Shown: positions 40,303 to 52,411 of the stretch, one piece after another
Numbering within the stretch: position 1 is the first letter of the stretch
Layout: each line of letters begins with the position of its first letter
Assembly: GCA_030704615.1 (NCBI GenBank)
Contig: CM060734.1
Coordinates: forward strand, 12,524,001 to 12,588,000
From: Takakia lepidozioides
Taxonomy: Eukaryota; Plantae; Bryophyta
Reading direction: 5' to 3'
Length of the DNA stretch: 64,000 nucleotides
Notes under the pieces: generated by a model
Database searches by the model: none
Told to the model about the DNA's origin: nothing
Seen by the model: the letters and a program-made list of their open reading frames with translations, nothing else
Position numbers and translations under genes: made by a program

Positions 40303-40892
40303 CAATCATCGAACTCCAGGACACCACATCTCGCTCGGCCATATCATCAAACACTCCCTTTGCATCCTCGATACTCCTGCCTTTGGCATACATGTCCATC
40401 ATGGCATTGTTCAGAATGACATATGGTACAATTCCAGCTTTAATGATGTCACCATGGACCTTTCTGCCCCTTTCCAGGGTTTCCAGGCTCGCACACGCAT
40501 TGCAAACACAAATGAACGTGACCCGGTTGGGCGTCACCCCTTCCTACATCATTTGCTCATATGTCTCCAAAGCCTCCATTGCACATCCATGTTGGGCATA
40601 TCCTATGATCATTGCATTCCACAACACCACATTTCGTTCAGCCATATCGTTGAACACTCCCTTTGCATCCTCGATGCTTGCACCTTTGGCATACATGTCC
40701 ACCAGGGCAATTTTCAGGATGACATCTGGTGATGATTTCCAGGATGATTTCCAGCTTTGATGATGTCAGGATGGACCTGCTAGGCTCACGCATGCATTGC
40801 AAATGCAAATGAACGTGACCCGGTTGGGCTTCACCCCTTCTCGCATCATTTGCTCATAGGTCTCCAAAGCCTCCATCCTGCACCCCTGCCGT

Positions 40893-43600
40893 CACTACTA
40901 CGTTTAGGTGGGTCGGAGGGGGGGGGGGTATTGGGGGGGTTTAGCGATGCCTCAACGACCTCCAAATGCCACGCTTAGCGACAAAAATACTTTACGGCGC
41001 CCGGGGCAATCTGCGACGTCGGACAAACGTCGGTCCCGGAACGTCGCAAATTTAGCGACCTCGGGGAATCGCTAGTTACCCCGGACCCCCCGGCCACGGC
41101 TTGCAACGCTGGGAAGACGCAACCCCTATAGAGCGTCGCAACGTTGCGACTCCCAGGAATCGCAACGAAGGCCAAGGGAGGGGGTTCCATGCCTGCATTG
41201 AGGGGACGTTGCAACAACGTCGCACATTTATAAAAATGGCAACGCGACGGAATCGCCTCCACATTGCTACCCGGGACAAGAGTGCCCCCGCCCTTGCGAT
41301 GCGGGGGCATCGCAAATGGGGTCTCAGTTGCCTGGGGGACTGGCGACACCCGGGAATCGCAAGGCTATCACCGCCAGCTTGGGGGGTCGCAAGGCTCCCA
41401 TTGGTGGGGCTGTTCGCTTGCGTCGCAAGCTCCAGGGGTGGGTGTTTTTATCTGTGACACCCGGGAGTTGCCGAGACGTCGCAAGCTCCAGGACGGGGTG
41501 GTTTTATTGCGACGCCTGGGAATTGCTAGGGTGTCTTGGACCCCAGGGGGGCGTCGCAAGGGCATCATGGGGGGGGGGGGGGGGGTTGTTTGGTTTGGGG
41601 TTTTTGTTTCTCGGGGGTCAGGGTGTGCTTCGTGCTTGCAAGAATTGCATGTATTCTAATCTATAGGTCGACCCACCAAATCTACATGTCCATTAAGGTT
41701 AGAATGAGGATTGAAATGGCAACTGAAAATATATATACATAAAGCGAGTACTACCTGTACATGTCTCTAACTGGGAACCATCCCTCACTCCTCATCACCT
41801 GAGTCACAGGAGTACTCGTCCAAGGAATGCAAGCTACGCTGGGCCTCCACTTTGGAGGATGATGAGGCCGAGTTCGAGATTACATCATCCTTCGAACCAC
41901 CCCCTACTACTGGCTCTCCCCCATCCGGCTGAGCCACTGAACTACCCATCCCCACCCCTACAGATGCACTATCCTCCGTCAATTGTGGCGCCTTGGCCAT
42001 TGAGGCTACAAGGGCCTTCCACCCTTGCGTCTTGGCAAAGTTGTGCTCGACGGCGGAGGGGGGCCTCTCAAACATTTTTTTTCTGCACATGACATACAAA
42101 TGCAATGACAGGTCAGAATTCATGATGGAAGGAGAAGCTAAAAAAGAAGAATGGGTAGGACAAGGGAAAGAACACTTACAAATCGGGTGACAAAACTCTT
42201 GCTTCCGCCGGGGCCCCACTTGTGTGTTGATTCCGCACACTTCTCGAGGCGGGCTGCAGTTGCCGCACGGCCCTCGCGAAGATCTCTTTGTTCAGCTCTT
42301 CCCTCTCCCCTGCAATGAGAGCCTCCCAAGATTTTTGTCCAGTCCCAACAAAGACACCATAAATGTTAATGAACTCCATACCGCAATGAACATGCCTTCA
42401 AAGACGCCAATGACAAAGTAAAGTGCGTCTTACCTTGGTTATTCCATGTGGCATGGTCATTGGTTGGACCCCCGCCTTGAGTGCCTTGCGAATGGTTTGT
42501 CGCACACGGTACCTCTTGTCCTTGAGGTTCTTTCCCACCAGTTCCAAGAGCTTCCCCTCATTCCACTCACCCGGAGATTGGCCCTCAAGTGCTTGCACAA
42601 ATGCTCGCCTATGGTGATGTGATTGGCGTGGCCAATCAAGATGCCAAGGGAACCACCTCGCCACCAAGTCAAAGGCCTGTTTTTTCATGGCCTCCCAACA
42701 CTCACCAATGGGGTCACCAACCTTATTGGTCTCTAAGGGGGGCACCACGATCTTTGGCAAATAAGGGACGCGGGGACCCGAGGTCCTTACCTCGTCCACG
42801 CTCTTCTCAACTACCTCTCCCCTGTCTTTTGTTGCCCCACTCGTGCCCTCCCCTAGCTGCACCTCTCTCCTTCTACGTCTCTTTTTCTTAGGCTCCCTCT
42901 CGTAGGCCCGTCTTTTCCCCTTCCCCTCCACTACTTCCCTACCCTCCTGGATGACTAGGGGAATCTCGGGGGTACGATGTCTCTTCCTCTTCTTCTTACT
43001 ATCCCCACGGGCATGTATCGCCACTGTCCTTGCTTTGTCGGTGGCAAGCCCATTGCCTGCCACAATCGTTGCCACGAATGTGCCAAGCTCCTGAACACAA
43101 AATCCACAAAATTAGAAACAAACCAGAAACAAATGAAAAGCACCAGAAAGAAAACAAGTTGAAGGGAAGTGGCTCACCTTTGCGTCCATGACGCCAACGT
43201 TGCCTTCGGTCCCCGCTTGTGGTGCAGCCCGCATAAGGCCCTCTCGGAATAAGGGTGGAAGTTTGTCCCATGCACTCAATAGGCTCGCAGGCGGCACCCC
43301 AAAGTCCAGGGTCTTCTTCGTTGACCGTTCAGGCGACGAACTAGTTCACAAGGGGCCCTCCAAAGCTAGTGTCTCCCTCTCCTCTTCCCCCTCCCTTTCC
43401 CGTGCCCCCCTATTTCCCTCTTCCCTCTTCTTGTCTTCCTCCCTCTTCCTTTCCTCCTCTTTCCACCTCATTGCGGCCTCCTTTGAAGCCTCCCTCTTCT
43501 CCCAAGGTGATGAGGAAAACCCCCCCTTATGAGCCCCCCCCCCCCCCTTTATAAGCCCTCTTGGCTGCAGAACAAGGGGAAAAGGCATTGGTGGTGGGGG
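40893..43600. mobile_element. CACTA element end with subterminal repeats and degenerate TnpA-like ORF pieces (minus strand)
   Basis: CACTACTAC at 40893 truncates the PPR pseudogene; dense GCGAC/GTCGC/TTGCGA repeats to ~41560; basic, intron-interrupted ORF pieces 41785-43300. Right boundary uncertain. Confidence 0.6.
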
Positions 43601-44602
43601 TAAGCTCAAGGTGCCCATACTTGGTGCCAGATCTGAGAATGCGCTTCCCCGCGTAAGTGTCAGGGCCCTCCATCAGCCTGTGGGGTGGCGTTCCAGTCTG
43701 AACATTGGGTGCACCACCCTGAAGTGGAGGCTCATCCTCAGCCTCGACCCTCGAGGGCGTGGAGGCCTCGACGACCTTATGGCTCAGTCCTCTCACATAG
43801 CCGCCTATCTAGGGCTGGTGAGTTTGGACCAAGCGGTCCATGTCACACGACCTTCAATGACAAAAAGGTTGTCAGGCTTCTCTACCAACACTGTATTCGT
43901 TAAAAGTGGACAATGGCTTGTCCACTTTTATTGTAGGAGAATTGAAATAGCGTATCTCCAATAAGAGGTCGTAGCCGAATGGTGAAATGATATTTGTTTG
44001 TGTCGACTTTGGCTAAAGGTTTTTTTCATTTGCAATAGAATCGTTGATGATAGTTTTGAGTTTACATCAATACCTTATAAGTAAGGTGCGAAGAGTTTTG
44101 TCATCACGGGCATGAAACATTGTAAATTTTAAATCTTTCAATATTTGAGGGTCTTTTATCCATACATCAGACATTCATTTACATTATTACAATATAATAT
44201 GTACATATATTACAAATATATATTTATGAAAATCATAAGGGAGAAACATCCATAAAAGTAGATCATAATGCATCCAAGGATTCCAACCATCTTTTATTTC
44301 ATATATGGCATGTTTGGTTTCCATCCTTTCTATGGAACAACATTTGGGATATCCTTCATCCACTTATCATACTCTTCATCAGTAAAAGGTCTCCAGTTCA
44401 TTGCAGCCTACGTCCCATATCATTCTAATTCTGAGTCAGTCTATTAAGCTCTAAGTGAAAACGACGTCCATCATGAGTATATGAAAATCCATCAATTGGG
44501 TTGAGCACCACCGGTTCTCCAAAAATGTTGGCCCCTTCAACACCTCCCGGTATATAGCCAGGATCAGACTCAATCAAGTGTTCATGTTGCTCGTGTACCA
44601 AT

Positions 44603-44712
44603 GACGCAACGGCGTGAGCGTGTGAGCGTACGCTCACACAATGCTGACATGGCGTGAACCTACGCTCACACCAGCTGATGTGGCGTGAGCGTACGGTCAC
44701 GCCGACGTGGCG
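44603..44712 (+). repeat. Isolated MULE TIR fragment
   Basis: Reverse complement of 37761-37871 with high identity. Confidence 0.8.
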
Positions 44713-46475
44713 CTAGGACAACCATCGTTACGCTCGCCAGATCACCCTTGAATTCGGTTTTGATAGAGATGGCGTGCGTAGCCAGTTTCTTGTCAATCTC
44801 CGACATTAGGAATTCGTGCCCATGCTTGGAAGTCGATGTTGATTTGATGGTGAGGGAGTTGACAGTGTCGGCCAGTGCTTGGTTGATGTTAGCAACTCTT
44901 AGTCGTTCCAGAATCTCGGCTGCTGGTGGGGTAGCCCCATTGAAACTATTCGTGTGAGGCTCGAATTTGATGAGTCTGTTGATAACTAGGACTAGCGGAC
45001 GGTTGCACCATTGGGCATATACACTAGGGTTCTTGCAGGTGATTAGAGCCATCCCTGTGTGCCGAATTTTCTCCATCCTGTCAATTGAGTTGAAATGAAT
45101 GTGCTCAGCGTTGTCTTTGCCAAAGATGCCATAGAGGGCATCTTCCGTGGCCGATTGTGAATGAAATGGGTTGAGATTTTTTGCCACCGGGGTGAGGGCA
45201 TCACGCTCCGCAATGGCCTCATGTGGTGTTGCAGTGATACCAGTCATACTGGAGCATCGTGTTTGTATTTGTGGTTTGATCAACGTATGCTCAATTCGCA
45301 CCCCTTGTTCTAACATGCATTGTTTGGAGTCTGCTGCAGCAAGATAGATGAAACAGAACTTTGATGCTGGGCCTGTCTTTTGAACCTGTACAATTTTGAA
45401 TTCGTCTCCATGTTGGTGTGTTTCCATGATGAAATGCATGGTTAGCTTGCTGGCTATTTTGCCAAGTAGGATATCACTGGCCAAATAGAGAGAGAGGTGG
45501 TCGGGTGAGGCGGGAAGGTCATATGCCTTTTCAATTTTACCTTGCATCTGCTCCCCGGACGCCATGGTCATGACAAATGTGCGGTTGCCTTGGAGAGGTG
45601 CGATGCCGTCCGTGGCTGGGTGCAGTAGCTCCACCTTGAGAAAGCCGTTCCACATTTTACTCCCGCGCTTGGTGTAGGCTGTGATCGGAGAGTAGAGGAC
45701 CTTGCCAAGTGGGATGTTCATGACTTCAAGGTATTTGTGGGCCCGGTAGAGCGCTTGCTCCTTGGGCATGTCGGTGTCGCTATCAAAGCGAATCAGAATG
45801 TGCGGGGGTGAAGCTGAGAGGCCCGATATGGGGTCAATTTGGGTGCCTTTGGGGAGCTGCGTGAGGGAGAGAAACTGGCCTTCTCGTCCATTGTGCCTCA
45901 CTGAAGGGTAGTGTAGTTGAGGGACGTGCGGGTAAGCCTTGGGGCAGTGGTGCATTTCATGAATTTCTGAGTTGCAGAGGCCGATGCGTTGGAGTTCAAA
46001 CGAGGAGCGGTCCTCAGCAACCAAGGGCAACGCCGAGTCCCTCACATGCTGCTCGAGTGTGGGGTAGCCCATCCAGTATTTGCTGTATGTTGGAGAGAAA
46101 TAGGGAGCCACGATGTGTTGAGGGGCTTGGTGTGCCAGTGCCTTTGGATTTTTTGGAGTCAGCTGGGCTACTGCCAGCCTCGCTGTTGGATTCGCTAGCT
46201 GACCGCTTGGAGTGGGGGGTGGTAGCTGGGAGCTGTACTGACAAGGTGTTTGCAGTTTGAGGTGGGACGCACCGTTTCCCGGGTGTTGTTGCAGACGACG
46301 GGGTGGTGATGGCTTGAATTGCTGGAGTCTGCTCATTGCTGATCTTCGCAGGGCTCTATGTGGAACGGGCCTGATAGGCGTTCTCTGCTGCAAAGAATAA
46401 TTCGTCGGAGGGGTGCATGTCGCTGACATCCATGCCTTCTTTCTGGCGGATGTCCATGTCATAATCCTTATCCAT
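44713..46475 (-). pseudogene. Probable LINE ORF1 (RRM-like alpha/beta repeats then coiled coil), 3'-truncated
   Basis: About 580 open codons with one frameshift near the ATG at ~46475. C-rich upstream region (46500-47190) has the same strand bias as the other LINE pieces; cut by the TIR at 44712. Function inferred from context only. Confidence 0.45.
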
Positions 46476-47224
46476 GTGACTAGCTGTGGACGCGGAGCTG
46501 AGTGCCGCAAGCTGGAGTGAGCTAGCTCGTTTGCTGCGGGTGACTATAGTAGAGAGGGGATGATGGTGCTTTTGGATACTGCCTGTACTCTTCTGGGTAC
46601 TACCAATTTGGAAAGAGACATACGTAGAGAGAAGCCAACAGTTGGGAGTTGTGAAAAAGAGAGAGATGGGCAGTGTGCTGAGAGCAGAGAGGGCGGGTTG
46701 AGACAAAATTGCCAAGGTGGTGGGGGAAGTGGCTGGCTTGGGGTGTGGCTGCAGCCTGTATGTGGGGGCAGTATGGTAGCAGTGTGAGGTAGCCTGGCGG
46801 CAGGGTCGTCTTGGTGTAGTAATTAGAGCCGTTAGCCTTTTATGCCTGGGTGGCGGCTGAGAGGTGCTGGAGTAAGGAGAGGTATTAAGAAATGTAAACG
46901 CATGACAAGGTGGTGGCATGCCTTTGTCAGTAAACAGCTCTTTAATGTGTACTGTGGGTGAGGTTGGGTGTGGTGGTTCGAGGTTGGGAGTCGGCGTTGA
47001 TTTGGCTAGTGTGAGGTAGTGATTACTTGGGGGGGGGGGTAATTAATCCAGCTTGAAGAGTTGTGTATTAAGAGGTTGCAATTTTGGCAGTCTGCAGTTT
47101 GGTATATCATTAAGTGTTGTTTGGTGGTTAATATTGGGTGCAGGAAGGGATAGGGAGCTGTAAATGGAGTTGAGGTGGGCAGGGCCCAGTGCTACAACCA
47201 TATTTGTTGTAATTTTAAAAATAA

Positions 47225-47950
47225 GCGACCGCTCATACTGCGGTCGCTATTTTTATTTTTTATAAAACACACGCGACCGCCAATATTGCGGCGGTCGCTT
47301 TTATTTCCTTTGATTTTAAAAAATATTGCGGTCACTTTTATTTTGTATATTTCTAAATTTCAGCTCGGCCCGTATGGCGGTCGCTATTATTTTATATTTC
47401 CAAATATAATGCGACCGCCAGTATTGCGGTTGCTTATATTCATTATGACGCTTATTTTTTATATTTTTAAAATGACACGACCGCAAATATGGCGGTCGCT
47501 TCATTTTTTTATATATTAAAAATAAAGCGACCGCCAAGATGGTGGTCGCTTTTATTCTTAATATTTTGAAAATACAGCGACAGCCAATACGACGGTCGCT
47601 TTTAATCTTTATATTTTTAAATTTAAGCGACCGCCAGTGTGGCGCTCGATTTTATTTTATATATTTTTAAATTTATGCGACTGCCAAGTTTGGCGGTCGC
47701 CATTATTTTTTATTTTAAAATAAACGACCGTCCGGTGTGGCGGTTGTTTTTTTGGGTCGCTTATATTTTTATTTAAGAAAAATAAAGCGACCGCCATATT
47801 ACTTTTATATTTTTTTAATATTATGCAACCGCCATTACGGAGGTCGCTCAGTCACTGTTTTTTTAAAAACAATTAGCGACCGCCAATATAACGGTCGCTC
47901 ATATTTTTTATATTTCAAAATATAAAGCGACCGCCAGATTTGGCGGTCGA
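47225..47950. repeat. Second GCGACCGCC-N-GGCGGTCGC palindrome array (~13 full plus 2 half units, 50-bp period)
   Basis: Units e.g. at 47225, 47273, 47411, 47477, 47527, 47577, 47627, 47677, 47825, 47876, 47927. Confidence 0.9.
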
Positions 47951-48113
47951 TTTTCCACCGCCACCGTGTCGGCGACATGGCTGCTTAAGTGGCAATAATT
48001 TACCTGGTAACTTTTTTACTAGAATATTCCCGGAACCTGACGTGATGGAAGTCCTGTCAGCGTCAGGTCTGACGTGACCTGACGCTGACTGCGCTTGAAT
48101 TTTCAGTTACGCA

Positions 48114-48602
48114 AATCAACCTTGTGTCATCGCAAGGTTGATTGCGGGTGTGGAATTTCCAAGCGAGCGCCTATTTTCATAGCTGGTTTTGGGTCAGGGT
48201 AGTATTAGATTCTAGTTTCATGGTTTGTTTCAGGTACACTTTTGCTTTGACAGGTGTGTTTGTGAGCTATAATCAACCTTGCGTCAACGCAAGGTTGAAT
48301 CTCGCTGTGAATTGATCGTCTTAGGGTTTTTTCCCGGATTTAAATACATTCATTTGCTACCTCTAATGTACCTTGCGTCAACGCAAGGTTGGTTACCGCT
48401 TGGCTACGTATGTGTTTTTACAGGTTACAATTCACATTTGTGGTTCCGCCAATCAACCTTGGTTGCGGCTTTGGAATTTGTATGCGATGATTGTGGTCAT
48501 GGACTTATGGGTCAGTTGAGTCGTTCATTTCCAGGAGAATTCCCAGCTTTTCTAAGTTTGTTTCTAGGCACGAATCAACCTTGGGTTAACGCAAGGTTGA
48601 AT
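48114..48602. repeat. Dispersed AATCAACCTTGCGTCAACGCAAGGTTGA palindromes (4 plus a half site)
   Basis: At ~48114, 48271, 48371, 48450 (half), 48573. Confidence 0.8.
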
Positions 48603-48777
48603 CAGGCTGAGAATAGAACGTTTCAGGGCTGGGCTGAGTGTGTTTTTGGACAGGTTGGACCTCTCATCTTTTCAACGAGGGAAGCAAAGGCGTGAGCAGA
48701 ACCCGTGAGCAGATTCCTTTATGCGTGAGCAGATTCCCCGAAGCGTGCGCAACATTCACAATTTGGGTAACCCGACA

Positions 48778-49368
48778 CTACAGGGTTCTAGCAGACTCAA
48801 TTTTGCACTGGTTATCTGCACCTGCCTCAACACGACGAACCGGTTTTCCATTCCTTTTCGTTGGCCAGTCGTTCCCATGCGGTGGACGTTGAGGGAATGC
48901 GGATGGCATACCCCGCGATGGAATTGGTGTTACGACTGTTGGGCCCCTTGGAAGTCGAAACCGAACATCCTCCAGCATGTCAATCTTTTGTTTGGAGAGA
49001 GATGTTCTGACCTTGACTGGCCACACGACAGGGATGGTAGGCTTGCTGATGACTGAATCCCGACAAGTCCCCATCACACAACGCTCAATGTCATCGGGGC
49101 AGAACCAAAACTTGTGAGGTCTAGACTCCCGCGCTAAGTAATATTTGAACAAACCTGTGAAAGTCGGGGCTGGAGTCCCGCCAGCACCTCTACAAATCTT
49201 ACTTGTGCACTTCACAAAAGACAAGGCCCTGATAGCAGAACAACCAACTTTTGATCCTTTGGGAGTCCGTTCAATGTGCCACATTGCATCACCACAATCG
49301 GTCTCTTCGACCGGCAGCACCGTCCGTCCTTCTCCCCGCACTGGAGCTGTGGCATCCCACACATCCAC
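48778..49368 (-). pseudogene. MULE transposase C-terminal fragment
   Basis: WHIERTPKGSKVGC...PAPTFTG...KFWFCPDDIERCV...VWPVKV, homologous to 36529-36927, which leads into a SWIM finger and TIR. Confidence 0.7.
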
Positions 49369-49744
49369 CGCGGTAGATCAACGGAGTACACACAGAGCAA
49401 AGAAACGCCCTTACGAAGCACGACTGTGTGTCTCCAAGGTGGTGGGCCCGCACTTCCAGCGTAAAACGGCCAACGCGAGCTTCCTGCGTATGATGGAGTC
49501 AAGAAAGTCCACTTTTGTGGGGGTCAAGTCACCTACATGGGACCATCTATGCTCTTTCCTCACCCTGGTGAGCCCACCGCATCTACCATGTCTCTTGTCA
49601 TTTTCGTTGCATTGTTGGGTGTGCGTAGGTGGTATATTAAGGTGTCGTCAACGTCATCTTAATATGGGAGGTATTTCCATTCATTGTTTCGGGTGTGTGG
49701 ACACCAATTAGTCAATCTGATTCGTTTGCATGTCCTCATTTCAG

Positions 49745-50741
49745 GTGACCAGGATGCCATGCTGGGTGAATGGGGTGCAGCAGGCCTACGCGACTGATCT
49801 TGTCATCCTTGACATCCCAGATGGGCAGCTTGTGCCTGATATCATTCCCACAGATGTGACGCCAAGCTGGAATGCTCATAATCCTCTTTACTGGCAGTGG
49901 GCATTCTCTTTCAGCAACAAGTTCCTCTCTGACGCGGGCTCGCTTTTGATTTTCCAAGGTGAGGACATGGCATCCCGCCGGATCCTTCACAGCTACATAA
50001 AGTCATCGGGGTTCAAAATCTACAAAATATGGACCTGTATAAACACCCCGCCTCTTTCAAATGCGGAAGGCAGAAGGACTCTCTAGGGCTTTGTTGTCTG
50101 TTATCATTTGGTAGTAGTACGCATCACAACATTTCTAACACAACTCTCTTTGTGCTGCTGCAGACCATGTCTTCAAGGCCATTTGTCTTGCTCCAATTCG
50201 GCCTGACACCACTCCTGCTCATGTTGGGCATTTTGACGTTTGGGAAGGAGGGCTTCACATAGACCCGGAATGCGACCCAGTGGAATCTGATGTTATCCAC
50301 AACTATGTGGACTCGTCACAGACATTGAAAAAAACTGGTGGCATTCCATGGAGAGGTGCTCGGGAGAAGTCGCCCACTTTCATGCAGACTTTGATTGAGA
50401 CATGCAGCCGGCATGGTGGGATAGTGGTGGACCTGTCCATGGGCACAGATTGGTGCCCAATCAGTTTTCATTTCTTGGGTGCACTTGTTGGCATTCTGTT
50501 TGGACTTCTGACATGGTTTCGTGGATCCATTTGCACTATTGCAGGGGCTTCGTTCCATGCCTGCAAGTATGCACGAAGGCATTTTTTTGGGATGGAGGGG
50601 GAGGAGAAGCTCTACTCTCAAGTCATCGCACCACTGTCTGAGGGGTCATCGCATTCGACCCAGACTGAGAACATTGTGGTGGAGCAGGATCTGCAAGAGC
50701 CCGATGCTCTGGATGTCGATTCCGATTTCTCATGTGAGTAA
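49745..50741 (+). pseudogene. Beta-class N4C/N6A DNA methyltransferase-like gene, intron-containing, 5'-truncated
   Basis: Motif IV-like TDLVILDIPDG and FLSDAGSLLIF precede EKSPTFMQTLIETCSRHGGIVVDLSMGT/GASFHACKYARRHFFGME (motifs X-I-II). Removing 50449-50544 (96 nt; donor GT>AT, CTGAC branch, TTGCAG acceptor) restores DLSMGTGA. Further acceptors at 49744 and 50163. Confidence 0.75.
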
Positions 50742-51592
50742 GTGCAAGTTCTGTTGTGGCACTTGACTGACACGACGGCGCATCCTTCTATTTTCCTCTT
50801 TCGTGCACAAGTTTGGCCAGCATAATGTATGTGGACTTACATTATTCATATGTGTGTGCAGGAGTCCCAAGACGCCACGGTTTTTGCCTTTCTTTGCCAA
50901 CCCGCAATTTTTCCCAAGTCCAAGAGTAGATTTTGAATTGCCATGTTATGCGGAGGCTGCAGCGTGCGAATTTAGTCTCCTTTCTTGTCCCCCTCCTGTG
51001 CTTTATGACAGAGAGGGTTTTGTGCAGAGCAGGGCTAGTGTCTTCATAGACAGTTCTACCTTTGTTTTTGGACTCCGACTCCAGTAGCAGTGGATATTCT
51101 TTTTCAGAATGAATCGGCTGTTTATAGACGATTTTTATTAAAGCACCAAATGGCCTCTCCACCTTCTTTGCAATTGGGTGTCAGCATCTCTCTCGACGTA
51201 GGATACCTGGTGAAATGACAACCACAACCCTCCTCAGTTGGCAGAGGTTCACTCTGGAGCTCGGAGGATTTGGCAACCAATACTGAAAATTGCTTTTAAT
51301 TTTGCATTCATCCACAAACTACATTCATCCATGTGCCATTCGTGCAACATACATTCATCGCCCATTCATCCATCATTCATCCATCATTCATCCATAACGA
51401 TGAATTGGTATGCATGTTATATTGGACACTACCCGCAGTAACAGGTCCTCTAAGCCGAATTGGTGTCTGCGGTTATAGGTGAGCAGATCCTGAAGCGTAA
51501 GTAGAATTTTGCTCACGGAATTTTCTGCTCACTGATTCTACTCACGCTTTAGCAATCCCCATTTTCAACCCTTCTGCTGAAGAGGGGTTTGT

Positions 51593-52068
51593 ATGTACTT
51601 GTATTGGAATGACCATCTGTGTTTTTGGGGTGTGTGGTTCAGGTACATGTATCATGTCCTCATTCCGGGAAAGTACCTTAGCGATGACCCTGACTTCATC
51701 TACATATGGGCGGACCCCTCCAATGAGAAGACAATGTATACGGCTGGTATTGCCAGAGACTGGAGCAGGGCGCACTTCAGAGACTGCGGGTGGGACCTTG
51801 ATCTGCCCAAACATGACACACCATTCGATGAAGTGGTTTTGAGGAACCTGAACGACAATGCCGCTGCACTAGCCCCGCTTACTGACAAAGACATTCAGGA
51901 GAGAATCATTCAAGCTCTGAACGCAAAAGAGCCTGAGAAATCGTCCACTCCAAAACGGAAGGGGAAGAATGCAGGGGATGGGAAGGGGAAGGGGAAGGGG
52001 AAGAATGCAGCTGCGTAGGAACAGGTCGCGCAACAGCCTGCTGACAGGCAGCATTCTCCGACGAGGAA
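51593..52068 (+). pseudogene. Upstream exon of the second amino-MTase-like gene, interrupted by the gypsy insertion
   Basis: Removing 52069-63507 and one GGAA gives a continuous acidic frame DEEG*ENTEDEGIAF that leads, via a GT intron at ~63697, into the MTase exon at 63787. Confidence 0.5.
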
Positions 52069-52395
52069 TGTCAAGTAATTTTACCACTAGTGTGAAACTA
52101 GCTAGGAAATAGCTAGCTTTTACATATTGACATTTGGGATTGGCCCAAGTGTCAATCCAGGGGTCAAGGCAGATTTAGGCCCTGGAGTGGTTATCTTCAC
52201 GGCAAGCGCAGGAGGCTCATCTTTCTCGAGTTGAGCCTCACCGCGCCTAGCTATGGCGCCGTAGTGTGGATTCCCCATGGCGTGGGGTGCACTTGGCTTG
52301 ACTTGTATTTGAGTGATGAGGTTATATATGCATGAGTTTATGCTTCAGCTTTATGAGCTCGCATGAGCTTGTGCTTGTATTCTTCTTCTTTATCA
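52069..52395 (+). repeat. LTR segment A1 (327 bp)
   Basis: 7 mismatches by eye against A2 (63014-63340), no indels. Confidence 0.95.
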
Positions 52396-52411
52396 CTCGA
52401 GAAAGATGAGC
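52395..52411 (+). promoter_or_regulatory. Self-complementary primer-binding site
   Basis: ACTCGAGAAAGATGAGC is the exact reverse complement of LTR 52215-52231 (GCTCATCTTTCTCGAGT). No TGG-starting tRNA-type PBS is present. Confidence 0.85.

Larger units (their letters stand above)
38410..40890 (-). pseudogene. Second PLS-class PPR pseudogene, split by a 1454-bp insert (38849-40302)
   Basis: TFICVCNACASL, MDMYAKG, AERDVVSWSSMI at 40303 resumes as (A)G(Y)AQHGCGMDALETY at 38848. Confidence 0.88.
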
